Source: Lytechinus pictus
Lineage: Eukaryota
Assembly (NCBI RefSeq): GCF_037042905.1
Contig: NC_087263.1
Span: 9,734,001-9,798,000 of the forward strand
Direction: 5' to 3'
Length of the DNA: 64,000 nt
The translations under genes were made by a program, and so were the position numbers. This document shows positions 25,260 through 37,900 of the stretch, piece by piece (position 1 is the stretch's first letter; every line of letters begins with the position of its first letter). Under the pieces are notes generated by a model. The model searched no databases, was not told the DNA's origin, and saw nothing but the letters and a program-made list of their open reading frames with translations.

Positions 25260-26936
25260 CATAAATCTTTTTATACTAATTGTAGGTTTGCGATTGATTG
25301 ACTGTTGGCTTGCTTCTTGTGTTGACGGAAATTAATGGACTCGCATTGGTTGAGGTTTATCTGCCACTTGTGAATTTTACAACTGAATTTTGCATTTCGG
25401 GTTGCAGATACTTTCTTGCAACGCCCCCCCCCGCAAATAAATCAAAGTGCATTTGTGTAACTTGTACCCTTGACAGGGATCTGAATTACCTCAGTATGTT
25501 CAACCTTTAATAGATTCCATCATTTACATGTATTATTTTTCAGGCATTATGCTTCTGCGGTTCCTGGCATCTATACGTCGTGGAACGGAGTTCAGGTGCG
25601 GTGCGGGTAGGCTCGGCCGCTGAAGTGCTGCGTTTTGCTGTGTCGCTGGGCACTGTCTTGGTCGGTTCGGCGTCGCCCTCTCTTCTGGCTCTGCAGGGTC
25701 CCCTACGGCGATAATTCTTTTTCGGAGTCCTGATGCTTGCCGAAGGCTGTGGGCGATGTATACCTGAGGTTGTCGGTGGGGTCTGGGGTCCGGGAGTGTG
25801 TCGTTGTTGGGGGTTCTGTTCGGTCGGCTGGGGGTGCGGTGTTGGGCTGGTGGAGGCGGTGGTCGGGGTGGGCTGTTGGACGTGGTACTTTGCGGACCGG
25901 GCTTGCCTTAGCGCTCTGGTCTCCGTCCCTGGCGCATCGGGGCCGTTAACCGCGAAGGAATGTATTACCCCCTGGTTTAGATTATTGCACAGTACACTGT
26001 ACATATGGCTTGGTCCACCATACTTGATCATTACCACTTTTTATATATACTTTAATGTAGATCTATTTGTATGCATGCACATTACTTATTGATTTACCAA
26101 TTTATATATGTTTATTTATTATTTATTACAAAGTATAGGAAGTTACAGTGTCATAAATACCCCCTCTCTCTCTCTCTCTCTCTCTCACTTCCTTGCTCTC
26201 CTACCTCAGCCGCGCAGCTTTTGATTTTTTTACTACAGTATTACATAGGTGTTTTTATTGCTATACAATGGATGATTTATTGTCTCTATGTCTCCATCTA
26301 AGCATCCTCACACCAGGGTGCCCTTCATATTGACTTATGTTTGAGTGGATGTACGGTGTGAGCCTGTGTCCGAGCGTATGATTGACATATTTGTAGAGGA
26401 GTGTACATGGGGGGGGGGGGGGGGGGTTTGTGTGTAGAATGTGAGGAAATGTGCGTGGTTCTTTTGACCACTGGGTAGCTGTTGCATGGTGATTACGGTC
26501 ACGACAGAAGGGTACTCTGGTGTGGGGGTTGCAGGGTGGAGGTACAGTGCCATTCGTACGTCCTTGACACCCGTTTGCCTGTTTCGGTCAGAGAGCATTA
26601 AATAATCTATCGTTCTCTGGTAGGACGGTTACGCGGGTGTTGAGATGTGTGACTGGTACTGTGCAAGTAGGTTGCACAATTGCATTGTCCTATTTCTCTC
26701 TGACTTCTCTTTTATTATCTTCTATTTTTCTCATCTATCCACTATGATCTCATTCTCCCCCTTACCTTCTCTCTCTTTTCTTCTCGTACAGTTGTGCAAT
26801 ACATATTTTAACAGTTATGATTGTTTGTTAAATGTATTATTTATGGCATTGTTTATTGTATTCATGTTTGTAACTTGCCCGAAAGCGAATTTTGTGTATT
26901 TTATGCAGGACAATAAATTATCTTGAATCTTGAATC
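25260..26936 (+). mobile_element. Non-coding retroposon-like segment with a GC-rich block and LINE-type tail
   Basis: Ends in AATAAA plus (TTGAATC)2 at 26913-26936; GC-rich block at 25540-25960. 5' end and TSD not found. Confidence 0.45.
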
Positions 26937-29752
26937 AGGAATATGTATTGGGATAATGGGTTTGGGGGACATTTTTATAGTACCCGGGTGGATTATATCC
27001 GTCGTCACATCGGTGGGTGATGGTATCAAGAATTTCCGCCCAGATTATAATAAAGGGCACATTGTATTAAAGGCAAATACTCATGAAAGAACCATGGAGA
27101 TTGGTTAATAAGGAAATAGTGCACTTTTATCATCAAATCAGAGGAGATTTTCTTTGTTATAGTGATGTCCGAAGAGCAAACCTACACTCGACGTGCATTC
27201 AACATATAGGGCTGGACAGACCTTTTGTGTACGTCAGTGTATTGTTCGAACCACAGCGGTTTTCTAGCTCTTTCCATTGCAGTGCTGAAAATTTATTAGG
27301 AATATATAAATATATATACATTGTCAGTCCGAACTATAGATATTAATTTATCAGATACCGTTATTTTTGCCAACAAAAATCAATTTTATTCTCTGAAAGT
27401 TGGATATGTCTCTGAAAACTGTGACGGGTCAATTATGTATACGAGGGGTGCATCCTAGATTACCACTGCATAGGTAAGGCTGAAAATTAAGTTTTGTTTA
27501 TTCCTTTCACTTTATAATGATGTTTTAAGTGTTCAACAACGATAATTTATGAAATCGACACAAAATATTGCGAATCAACGCTGAAACATTATTTGTGTAT
27601 ACATTTTATCCCTCTGCAATACCAGTTCCCCCCATAAAGCCACAATGGCACATTCTGCACCACTAGTCATACAATGATCGCGAAGTCTGCAAACGTCGTC
27701 TGCTATGTTTTTACATGTCCGGTACACTGTGTGCAAGTTTTATATATGGGGTGTGGGTGGGTGTGTGTTGGTGTGTAAGGGAGGATGGACATATATCTTT
27801 CTGCCTTTCATTCTTTAATAAGGCAACTTAGGGCAACTTAGATTTTAAGACCTACTGGAAAATGTCTCGTATTTATACTTCAGACGAGACAACTTCAAAC
27901 TGATGGCTTTTTTTTCTGACTCACTCTGTAGTATTACACGAGTCACATAACAACACACACAGTAGTTATTTTCTTTTTTTTTCCAAGGCCAAGTAAGCTA
28001 GTTTAAAGTAAGCCATTAAAATCACGCCGAATTGTTAAGGGGTATGGTTCTACTTTATTTTCAATGAATTTTCCAAGTTCTTCTTCAAATTATATTTAGG
28101 CAGATAAAAGAAAATATCGAAAAATTACACATAAAGATGAATTTATGTCACAAAATCATGCGCCCAATATATGTCATATATATGCCCCATAAATTGCCAA
28201 ATGATATAATAATAGCAATAATAATAATAAAAACAAGAAAAATAAAAAGAATAATAGTAAAAGAATTAATAATGATAGTCCATATACCAATAATGAAAAA
28301 AAAGATGATCGTGATGAGTGATTGCCATAAAAAAGTGTGTGTGTGTGTGTGTGGGGGGGGGGGGGTGATAACTCAGATTTTCTTGCACTGTCTTGTTTGC
28401 ACTAAAGACATAAACCTTTCTCAATTTTTTCTTGATTATATTTGTAAAGAATTTTTTTTTTCTTCAACGCCCGGGAAATGAATGAAAATAAATCACATCA
28501 TATTGGCTCGTATTCTCAAATAGGGATTAATCAAAACCTTGGCTTAAAGTTGTGGTTTAACTATAGTATGGACAGCTAATACAAACATACGTCTTATAGT
28601 ACAAGGTAGGGGCTTCAGCCCCATTCAACTTTAAAAAATTAAACATGTTAATTGTTAAAATGTTGAATAGCCATCTGATTGTCCTTTTTGCATGGTCAGC
28701 CCCACACTTCTCAACTTAGCCCCTCCTTCACTTTCAAACCAGTTCCGCTGTCCTTATATACATTAAATAATACTGAAATTGTTTTGTTTATTTCTGTATC
28801 ACTTCACACCCAGCAGGGATCTGTCCACATATAAACTATAGTGAGAGCATGAGGATCACAGCGAGCAGATATCGTGGCTATTAGTCAATGAGGTAAGTAA
28901 ACTATAATCATATTTACATAAGGTCGAAGAAGAGACCTTCGTCATAGCAAGTTGACATAAAACGCGATGAATTTTCCTGATTTTATTTGTGTCTCGCCTG
29001 CGTAGCGGAGCGATACTATAGGCGCGCTTTTCCGACGGCGGCGTCGTCAACATTGAAATCTTAACCAAGGTTAAATTTCTGAGATATCATCATAACTTAA
29101 GAAGTATATAGACCAAGAAAATGAAACTGGAACATAAGGGCAATCAAGTATTATCTAACATCCTCTTTGAGTTTCAGGTCACATGATGAAGGTCAAAGGT
29201 TATTTAGGGTCAATGAACTTAGACCTTGTTGGGGGAATCAACATCAAATCTTAACCTAGGTTCAGTTTCTGAAACGTCGTTATAACTTTGAAAGTTTATG
29301 GATCTAGTTACTGAAACTTGGACATAAGGGTAAATGGGTAATGGCATTACACTGAACACCTTATCTGAGTTTCAAGTCACATGACCAAGTTCAAATGTCA
29401 TCTTGGGTCAACGAACTTTGGCCATATTGGGGGTATTTACTGAATTGCCATTATAACTGTGTGAGTTTCAGGCCACATGACCAAGGTCAATTAGAGTCAA
29501 TGAACTTTGCCAATGTTGGGGAAACTTTTTTAATTTGCCATCATTGCCATCATAACTTTAAAAGTTTATAGATCTAGTTAATATATGAGACCAATCAAGT
29601 ATCAGATCAATGTGATGGCGCTCTCGTAACAAGAACAGCAAATTATCCGTCTCTCCTGATTTTCACATTGTTTTGAGGTCTAAATTGCAGTTATATGCAG
29701 GATTACCAACCAAGGACAACTACATAACGTTTCTAATCTTATATTGGATAAG

Positions 29753-32700
29753 ATGTCTTACGACCTAAGAAAATCTCAGAAGGGAAAGCCTACAAAAAAC
29801 ACTGGATCTGTACCAACGAAAAGGCAAAACCCGTTCTCGCACAACATGTACAGAGCTCTACCGGATCAGCTTACCCCCAGCCAGAGACCTGGGGAGCCAA
29901 GCCAGGTAAGCAGTCCTGACAACACATCCGTGATTACACCTGTTAACGGAACTAACACCTCTACGCCTGACCGCACATTCCAAGATCAAGACTTCGAACA
30001 ATCTAAATTGGATTTATTCCTAACAAAGAAATTCGAAGCTATGCTTGAAAGGGCTGTTGATCGGCTTGTTATGAAGATTGAAGCTGTTGAGTCACTACTA
30101 GGGGCTTCCCTGGAGTTCGAGCGACAAAGGGTCAATGACCTTCAGGTCAAACAAAATCATCTAGAGACCAGGATCAAGAACTTGGAAGAAGAAGTGGCAA
30201 AGAACGGAGCTGCTACTAACAAATCGGAACGATTCTCCAGGAGAAATAACATTCGTCTGGTTGGGATCGACGAGTATCGGCAACCAACATCTCTTCTCGC
30301 CGAAAGCGCATCTTCATCCGAGATTTCATCAGCTTCTGAACCTCACCAGGAAGATTGTATCACGCTAGCCGAAGACAAACTACGATCTTTCTTCGATATT
30401 ACGTCGAAGGTTGAACGAGCTCATCGTGACGGTAGGAAAACCAACGGAAGACCTCGCCACATTCTTGTGAGGTAACCCGACACATGCTCCGGCGACGATT
30501 GCTCCGGTGACAAATGCTCCCCAAAATGTGACATTTGCTCCGCGACATTTGCTCCTCGACATTTGCTCCACCGACATTTGCTCCGCCGATATTTGCTCCG
30601 CCGACTGTTGCTCCGCCGACAGTTGCTCCGCCGACAATTGCTCCGCCGACAGTTACTCCGCCGACAGTTGCTCCACATTCAGCGACAAATGCTCCGGCGA
30701 CAAATGCTACCCGAACGACACATGCTCCGGCGACATTTGCTCCGCCGAAATTTGCTCCGCATGTAGGGACAAATGCTCCGCTGATAATAGCTCCGCCGAA
30801 AATGCCATCCACCGAAAATTATTAATTTTTTTGTTGTTGTAAAACTAACAATGCTTCTTCTCCAAAGCTGTATGGTCATTATCATTATTCTATATATTTT
30901 TAACATTCCTAATTGAATTGCTCAGCGGCAAAAATAGTTTGGCTCAAATTAAATTTCCCATCAGCGCTTTTATCTCGATTATTTCTCCCTTTCTTTCCTT
31001 GAAAACCACCCCGGGAAAACCACCTTCTCCCATTCCTTTCTCTCCCGTTTAAATTTTTTTTTGTCTCTCTGCATTCCTAGTTACTTCTATTCCTATTTCT
31101 TTTACAACCTCTCCCTTCTTCTCTTATCTCTTTCTTCTCGCTCTTATGCTATTTTGGTCTGTTTTCACTGTTATTCTTCTAACTTTTTCCTACCCCTCTA
31201 ATGGAATTGAAAACTAATGAAGTTTTTACAATCTTGTTAGAAAGGTGTTTCATGTCACTTTCACTCCATTTTCTTTTATTATTTTTTCCCTTCAATTACG
31301 TGCAGTGTAAAAAGAACTCTCCTCTAAAAGGACATGTCCACCACAAGAAAAAGTTGATTTGAATAAAAAGAGAAAAATCAAACAAGCGTAACACTGAAAA
31401 TTTCATCGAAATCAGATGTAAAATAAGAAAGTTATGATATTTTAAAGTTTCGCTTAATTTCACAAAATAGTTACATTATATGCACATCCTGGTCGGTATG
31501 CAAATGAAAGAACTGATGACATCACTCACTCACAATTTCTTTTGTATTTCATTCTAAGAAATATACAATATTCAAATTTTCTCCTCATTTTCCCGTGAAA
31601 AAAAGTTTTATTTCTCCCTGAACATGTGGAATTATCATTGTTTAACATTTCTTTGAAGAGGTAGTCCTAATAGTCACTTCTTAGCTTTATTCTTATAAAT
31701 CAACATAAATATATGATATCATAATCCTTATTTGAATAATGCAATCGCGAGCGAGAACAATTTTTTTTTAATTTTATGTGTTTTGTCCTAAAATTTGAAT
31801 ATTCTGGGCAATGTTATCATGAAAAGATGTGTATGCAACTGGATAAAAAAACTACGAATGCGAAGCGCGAGCAGAAATTGTTAATACACGCTTTAAACTG
31901 ATGGAAAAGGTACTACTAAGGTTTGCCTGCAGGTTAGCCATAAAGGAGTTACATATCAAATAATGCGAGCGCGAGCTGAACATTTTTACCTTTCTACATA
32001 AAGAATGAAAAAAATTCAATCAATTTCTTTAATCGTGAACAGGATAGCTATATAACTAAACGATTGATGCGAGCGCGAAGAGCGAGCGACAAAATTCGAA
32101 ATTTAGTCCTAAAAACGGGACACTCTATTCTTGTTTTGTAAATCATTAATAGGATGAGTAAATAGGGGATCTTCCTATATTAATAATGCAAGAACAGAGC
32201 ACGAGCAGAAAACTGTTGATATTGCAATCTGAAACTGGATAATGATTTAAATAAAGAACAAGTTGCGTATCTGATGAAACATGCTTGCGTGTGTTTCATA
32301 TTTAGACCTAGAAACTAGGCATTCTAAATATATCTTTTATCATGAAAATCAATAAAAAAGGGTGTATTTCAGCTCTATATTTCAAACAATTTGTAGGAAA
32401 ATTGTGAGGTGGATATGGATCGTACTTAAAAAACAGCTAAAATTTTTCATTATTATTACTTTATGTTTTGACAAGAGACCGGGACATCATTAGGACAAGT
32501 CATCACATGATCTTCCTATTCCTCTTGCTAAGTGTGAGATGAAACAAAAGGGACAATCTAATTATACAATTATTTATCTTATTTATACAATTATTTATCT
32601 TCAAAGCGCCTTGAGGATTTAATCAAAATGGAAAAGACGCTATATAAATCATATGTATTATTATTATTATTATTAAGCTAATATGCCTTAGTAGGGCACG

Positions 32701-34199
32701 AAAATCATGGCCTGAAAACTGGATATTTCAAGAACTTTGGTAATTATTAATAAGATGCATGAGTAAATAAATTTTTAACAATTAATGCAAGCGCAAATCG
32801 CGAGCCGAAACTTTTGATAGACTGTCACGAAATGTGGATTTTAAGAAGTATGTTGAATGATTAATATCGAGACATACATTACTTGCCAATCAAAATGCGA
32901 GCGTGCAGCGCTAGCTGATACGTTTTGACAATCAGACCTGCAAAGGGATATTTTGAAAACTTTATGGAATGCACGAGAATAATAAAGGTAACTGATATAA
33001 GATAACATTTGCAAGCGTGCAGAACGAGCAGAAAATATTGATGTTCAGATCGTAAAACTAACATTTTAAAAAATCTCTTTAAAACAATCAATTTGTAAAT
33101 CAAACAAAATAATGAAAGTTCGATTTCCGCGGCAAAATATCTTTTGCATATTGACTTCCAAACTTGATATTTAAGCTCCATATTGAACAAGATATGTAAA
33201 TCAACTGAAAGGCAATGCAAGCACGAAGTGCGAGCGAAAATTTAATATAGTGAAATATGAAAGATTCTTTTTATTTTCCAAGTCTTTCTCTTTTTTTTCT
33301 CTCTTTTCCCTGTTTTTTTCTCCCCCCCCCATTTTTCTATGTTTTTGCTCCGCCAATAGGGGGGACCTGGGCCCCTCGCCCCCTGGATCCGCCTATGATA
33401 TAAAGTGGCACAACTACTTGAATGATAAAACCAAACAATACAAAAAAGTATGTAACGCAAAAGGATGTAACAAATATTTCCGTCAGATCAAGTGTCTTGT
33501 CTTCCTTTAGGCCTAGTAACTGTTTTTTAAAGCAACATGCCGAGAAACTGTCGATGGAGCAATTGTGGACGGAGCTATTATTGGCGGAGCATTTGTCCCT
33601 ACATGCGGAGCAAATTTCGGCGGAGCAACTGTCCCTACATGCGGAGCAAATATTGACGGAGCAATTGTCGCCGGAGCATTTGTCGCTTAACGTGGAGCAA
33701 TTGTCGGTGGAGCAAAAGTCGGCGGAGCAAAAGTCGGCGGAGCAAATTTCGGCGGAGCAATAGTCGGCGGAGCAAACTTCGGCGGAGCAATAGTCGGCGG
33801 AGCCAATGTCGGCGGAGCAAATGTCGAGGAGCAAATGTCGCAGAGCAAATGTCGTATTTTGGGGAGCATTTGTCACCGGAGCAATCGTCGCCGGAGCATG
33901 TGTCATGGATTCTCTTGTGAAGCTTTTGTCATATCGCGATAAAGTTGATGTAATGAAAAGAGGCCCGCTCCGTTCTGAAAAATCAGAGCTTCTTCGTCAT
34001 CGACGACCTTACCAGCGCTGACCTCCAGGAAAAACGTAAATGGTCCAAACAGGTCCAGGCCCTTTACGCCCAAGGAATCAAATTGCGTTTTTATGCAGGA
34101 AAATGGCGACTCCGTGGAGGTGACCCTTTTAATTTCGAGTCTTCATCCGACGACACCTCTCGCGTCACAACCATTGGTCACGCTGGAGTAGAGTTCTAA
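29753..34199 (+). pseudogene. LINE ORF1 (coiled coil, L1-like RRM, CTD), interrupted and frameshifted
   Basis: ERFSRRNNIRLVGIDE...VERAHRDG...PRHILV|KLLSYRDK...IDDLT reads through once 30471-33912 and one TSD copy are removed; one frameshift near 33963. Confidence 0.88.
30471..33912. mobile_element. Foldback (MULE-like) non-autonomous transposon with 15-bp repeat arms and internal MITE fragments
   Basis: TSD TCTTGTGA (30463-30470, 33913-33920). Inverted arrays of TTGCTCCGCCGAC at 30480-30800 and 33555-33905. Kolobok-like fragment at ~31326-31650 and a MITE ending CCCCTGGATCCGCCTATG at ~33398. Confidence 0.88.
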
Positions 34200-37100
34200 T
34201 TTTCTCAACCGCTGTATGAACCAAGGTCAGTTTCAATTTCCCTGTGACGGCAACATTCCTTCTTCTTTTTTGCAAATATAGACATAAAGAGATCAACGTT
34301 TTCACCATCGTTTTTTTCCTTTTTTATCGCTATTCATTTCGATAATGAGATATCATCCTTCTCAAGTGATTAATTTTAGTCTTCGAATCATCTGAAGACC
34401 TGTGGTTTTGATTTTTTGTGGGATATTTACAACTTGGCAACTGAGATTTCGGACTATTATCATGATTATACAATTATTATTATCAATAACTTCATCGATC
34501 ATTCTCAAGACGGCATGAATGAATTCTACTTTTTAGCATGTTTAAGGTGTTTTCGCATTCATGATTTTCCTCCAGGTCAAGCCTCAAGTACTTTTTTTGC
34601 AACAATGATGTCGACTCTTTAACGAGAGAAAATTTACAAATTTGATGTTCATTTTTATTTTGATTCAACTATAATTATGTCGAGAAGAAATAACTCGATG
34701 TTCGTTATAATTTTACTATGACAATATGCATCTCCTCGATCTGGATATCAAGGTTATTATTCGTATATATGCTAAAAAGGGGAAACTCTTTTATTATCTT
34801 TCACTCTCTATAACATCTAAGTGCTGTTAGTGGATATTTCAATTAAAGTAGGCCTACCATGTACTAAATCATTCTTATCTCGTCTATATACGATGCATTC
34901 AATTGGCACCCATTCACTCACAGGCTCCACTTTTATATTTCCCAACATTGATCCGTTTATGCATCTAGATACCTTATTCGTTTGTATATTATGTGTTCAC
35001 CTAGCTTTAGGTCCAAGCCTGAGGCAAACCATAAATTTATAAATCGAAATCATAACTGGATCGCACAAAAAATCTCGTTCATCAAAAGTAGATTATGTTG
35101 CTTATTAATTATAATCCATGTATAAATCACTTACACGGATGTTTGTGTGATGTGCTTTTAAGTCTTATAGCATGTACCAATTCTAAACAATCTAGCTACC
35201 CTACTTTAGTTATCAAGCAGTTAAGGGTGGATGCAGCAGGATCTTACACACTCTGATTTACCGGCCATCAATCATTTGTATCTATTTAATGCAGAATCGT
35301 TATCCCACATGATATTGGCACCTGTTTTTTTTTTGTTCTTTTTGTAATATGTGCAATCCAATCACTTATATATACTGGTTTTATTGTTTTCCTTTCTCGT
35401 ACGTTCATGATTTTCTCAAAATGAGTTGACTAGAAACCACATGCGCTTTAGCACCATGTTTACAAAACACATTGACATGATAGAGGCATTTACTTTCTTG
35501 TACCATAATTTCTCACAAATAAGTCTCCCTACCAAATTTGAGAAATCACAACGTTGAAGCTTACAGGGTATGATTGTCTCTTTTTCATGTTCATCCAATC
35601 AAAGTGTCAACGAGATCCAATGTATAAACAGTGTTTACTTTCTGATTGATAACAATTGCCATCTATTTTGAACAGAATCATGCATTTCCTTTTCACGTTG
35701 GTCATCAGTATTTGATTTCTGTTCTATTGTTACAGTTTTCCCCACTTCGAACATGCTGCTTTGTAATTTCTCTTCCCTGTTATATATCTGAATTGATCAG
35801 TAGCTATTTTAGCTATTTGCTATATACTACGTTTTATTTTCCTAAAATCATACTCAATTTCAGTAAAATCAAACTCATGGCTACGCGCCTCTCGTTACTT
35901 CTATCAAGATACCTATACTGTTTTATCGCCCAAGGTGTGCTTGACGTTAAGCTTAATGTTCATCCAATTTCAAGTTTATCAGGAACCAAATTTGCAAATT
36001 TGTTATGTAAGGTTAATACGACTAATTGAAGTACATTTCATTGCTAATTTACTTATTACTCCTTGATACGGATAACACATTTTGCAGATGTCTCCTTTTG
36101 TATTCTTTACGCACCAGCAAACTTGACAGTAGGCTACATCAGAAATGGAACTTTACTGAATTAAGCGCGCTTGGAGCGCAAAGCCTTATCATTGTCTTGC
36201 TAATGACCTCCTTTTCTCTTTTGTTTGGAAATGACTCATTAAAGGGTTAAATACAGTGAATTGTTGTTTTATTTGTCGATTCAATATCAGTGACGAAGGG
36301 AAACTCCCTGGTATATTTGGACTTATCGAATTTACCGCGTAGATGCCCCCTGCATCGCGCCGGTTCCTTGGGGTGCAGTTTGGGTCGCGGTGGGGAGCTG
36401 TGAGGCTTTTTGCCGGGGGTTGGTGGACCGGGACAGCACCGGAATCCCCAATTCTGGGTGGCGACATGTTTGCGTCTGTTCGTGTGGTGCAAATATTCGA
36501 GTTTTCTGCTGTCCCGGTCCACCGGCTTTCGGCGGGAGCCTCGGGCTCTCCGCTGCAACTATGGCTGCATTTTCGGAGGACTCGGTGCGTTTCGCGAGCG
36601 TCCCTACAGTGAATTTGAGAACAACCTAGATCTTGCATCGTTAACACAACCTTTAATCATTGCAATGTTTTGGGTATTTTTTTAATATTATGCTTCTTGT
36701 CCCCTGAGAAGCACTTACCACTGACGCATATTTACGCAATGATTTCTTGTATGTATATTCATATGAATTTTTCTTGTAGTGCTTTTCTGCATATGTTTTG
36801 TGTAATCTTGCGTTAATTTGTCAAAAACTCTGCAAAAGGCCTATATTTGTGCCTTATTGAGTATTATGCGGCTCTTTTTTTTTGGGGGGGGGGATAATTT
36901 TTCTCACTCGGGCAAACTATTTTTTTATTTATTTATTTTATTTTTTTTTAATCCAGCATCCTTGAATAAAAATGTCATTAGAGGTTTCATAGAGTGTTTT
37001 TGCTCTCCGGCATTTTTTTTTCTTCTCTCTTTCAAAACACACAAAAAATGCCAATCGCATGACTATCTTTTTTTGTCAATTCTTAAATAACTTAGCAATT

Positions 37101-37900
37101 GTACTATAAAAATTTAGCATGTACATTTTTTTTATTGAACCATGGGGTATTGTGTCTGTAGCCATTCATGTGTATATTGGGTACACTACATTTAATGCTG
37201 AATTAGCAGATCTGCAAGCATATACAAGTTACGGGTTCTTTCTTTTCTTTGTAACCATCATTCGGACTGCAGAATCTTCTTTGCTTTTGTGTTGTATACA
37301 CATATCACGACATGTATTTGCGGATAGACCACTAGATTACATTCATTGATCGATCTTTCTTATTCTACAGATCACATATGCTTTCTGCTTTCCTTTTTTT
37401 TAAAATTACTATTTAGCTTTCTCCATTTGATATGACCTCGTTTGCGATTTTTTTAAATAGATTTTATCACGCTTCAGGAGAGACGGACACAGTATGATTA
37501 TTTTTTTCTGTCCTTGCCTTATTTTGCTTACTTACGTTCTTTTTTGATATTTGTTGCTTGTTTTTTTACATTAGGCCTATTCTTAGCAATTCACTAAGGA
37601 TCGGTCAAGTTTGTTTTGTTTTCTTTTTTGTCCTGTTTTTCATCACCTTTATTTCCAACCCCCCCCCCTCTCCAAATTTTGCACTGCACAAGGTCATTAT
37701 ATATCTTACACTAGTTTTCGATTCCCCTGCTTTATTTTTGTTCTTTCTTCTTTTACTCCTCTTATATTGCCTTCTCACTGACACACATTTTTTTCTCCTT
37801 CTCTTCTACACATACTCGGGAACAGGCACGTAGCACAGTGTATCGTTTCCTTTAGGTTTTATTTAACCATAGAGCTATTTAACCACCATCTCCCCTGTTA

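Noticed and set aside
25540-26092. Pro/Thr-rich and Gly/Val-rich ORFs (also 36189-36685)
   Set aside because: GC-rich low-complexity sequence open in several frames with no domain motifs.
30380-30906. Pentapeptide, protamine-like or mucin-like ORFs (also 33337-33906)
   Set aside because: Translations of a 15-bp DNA repeat that is open in most frames inside transposon arms.
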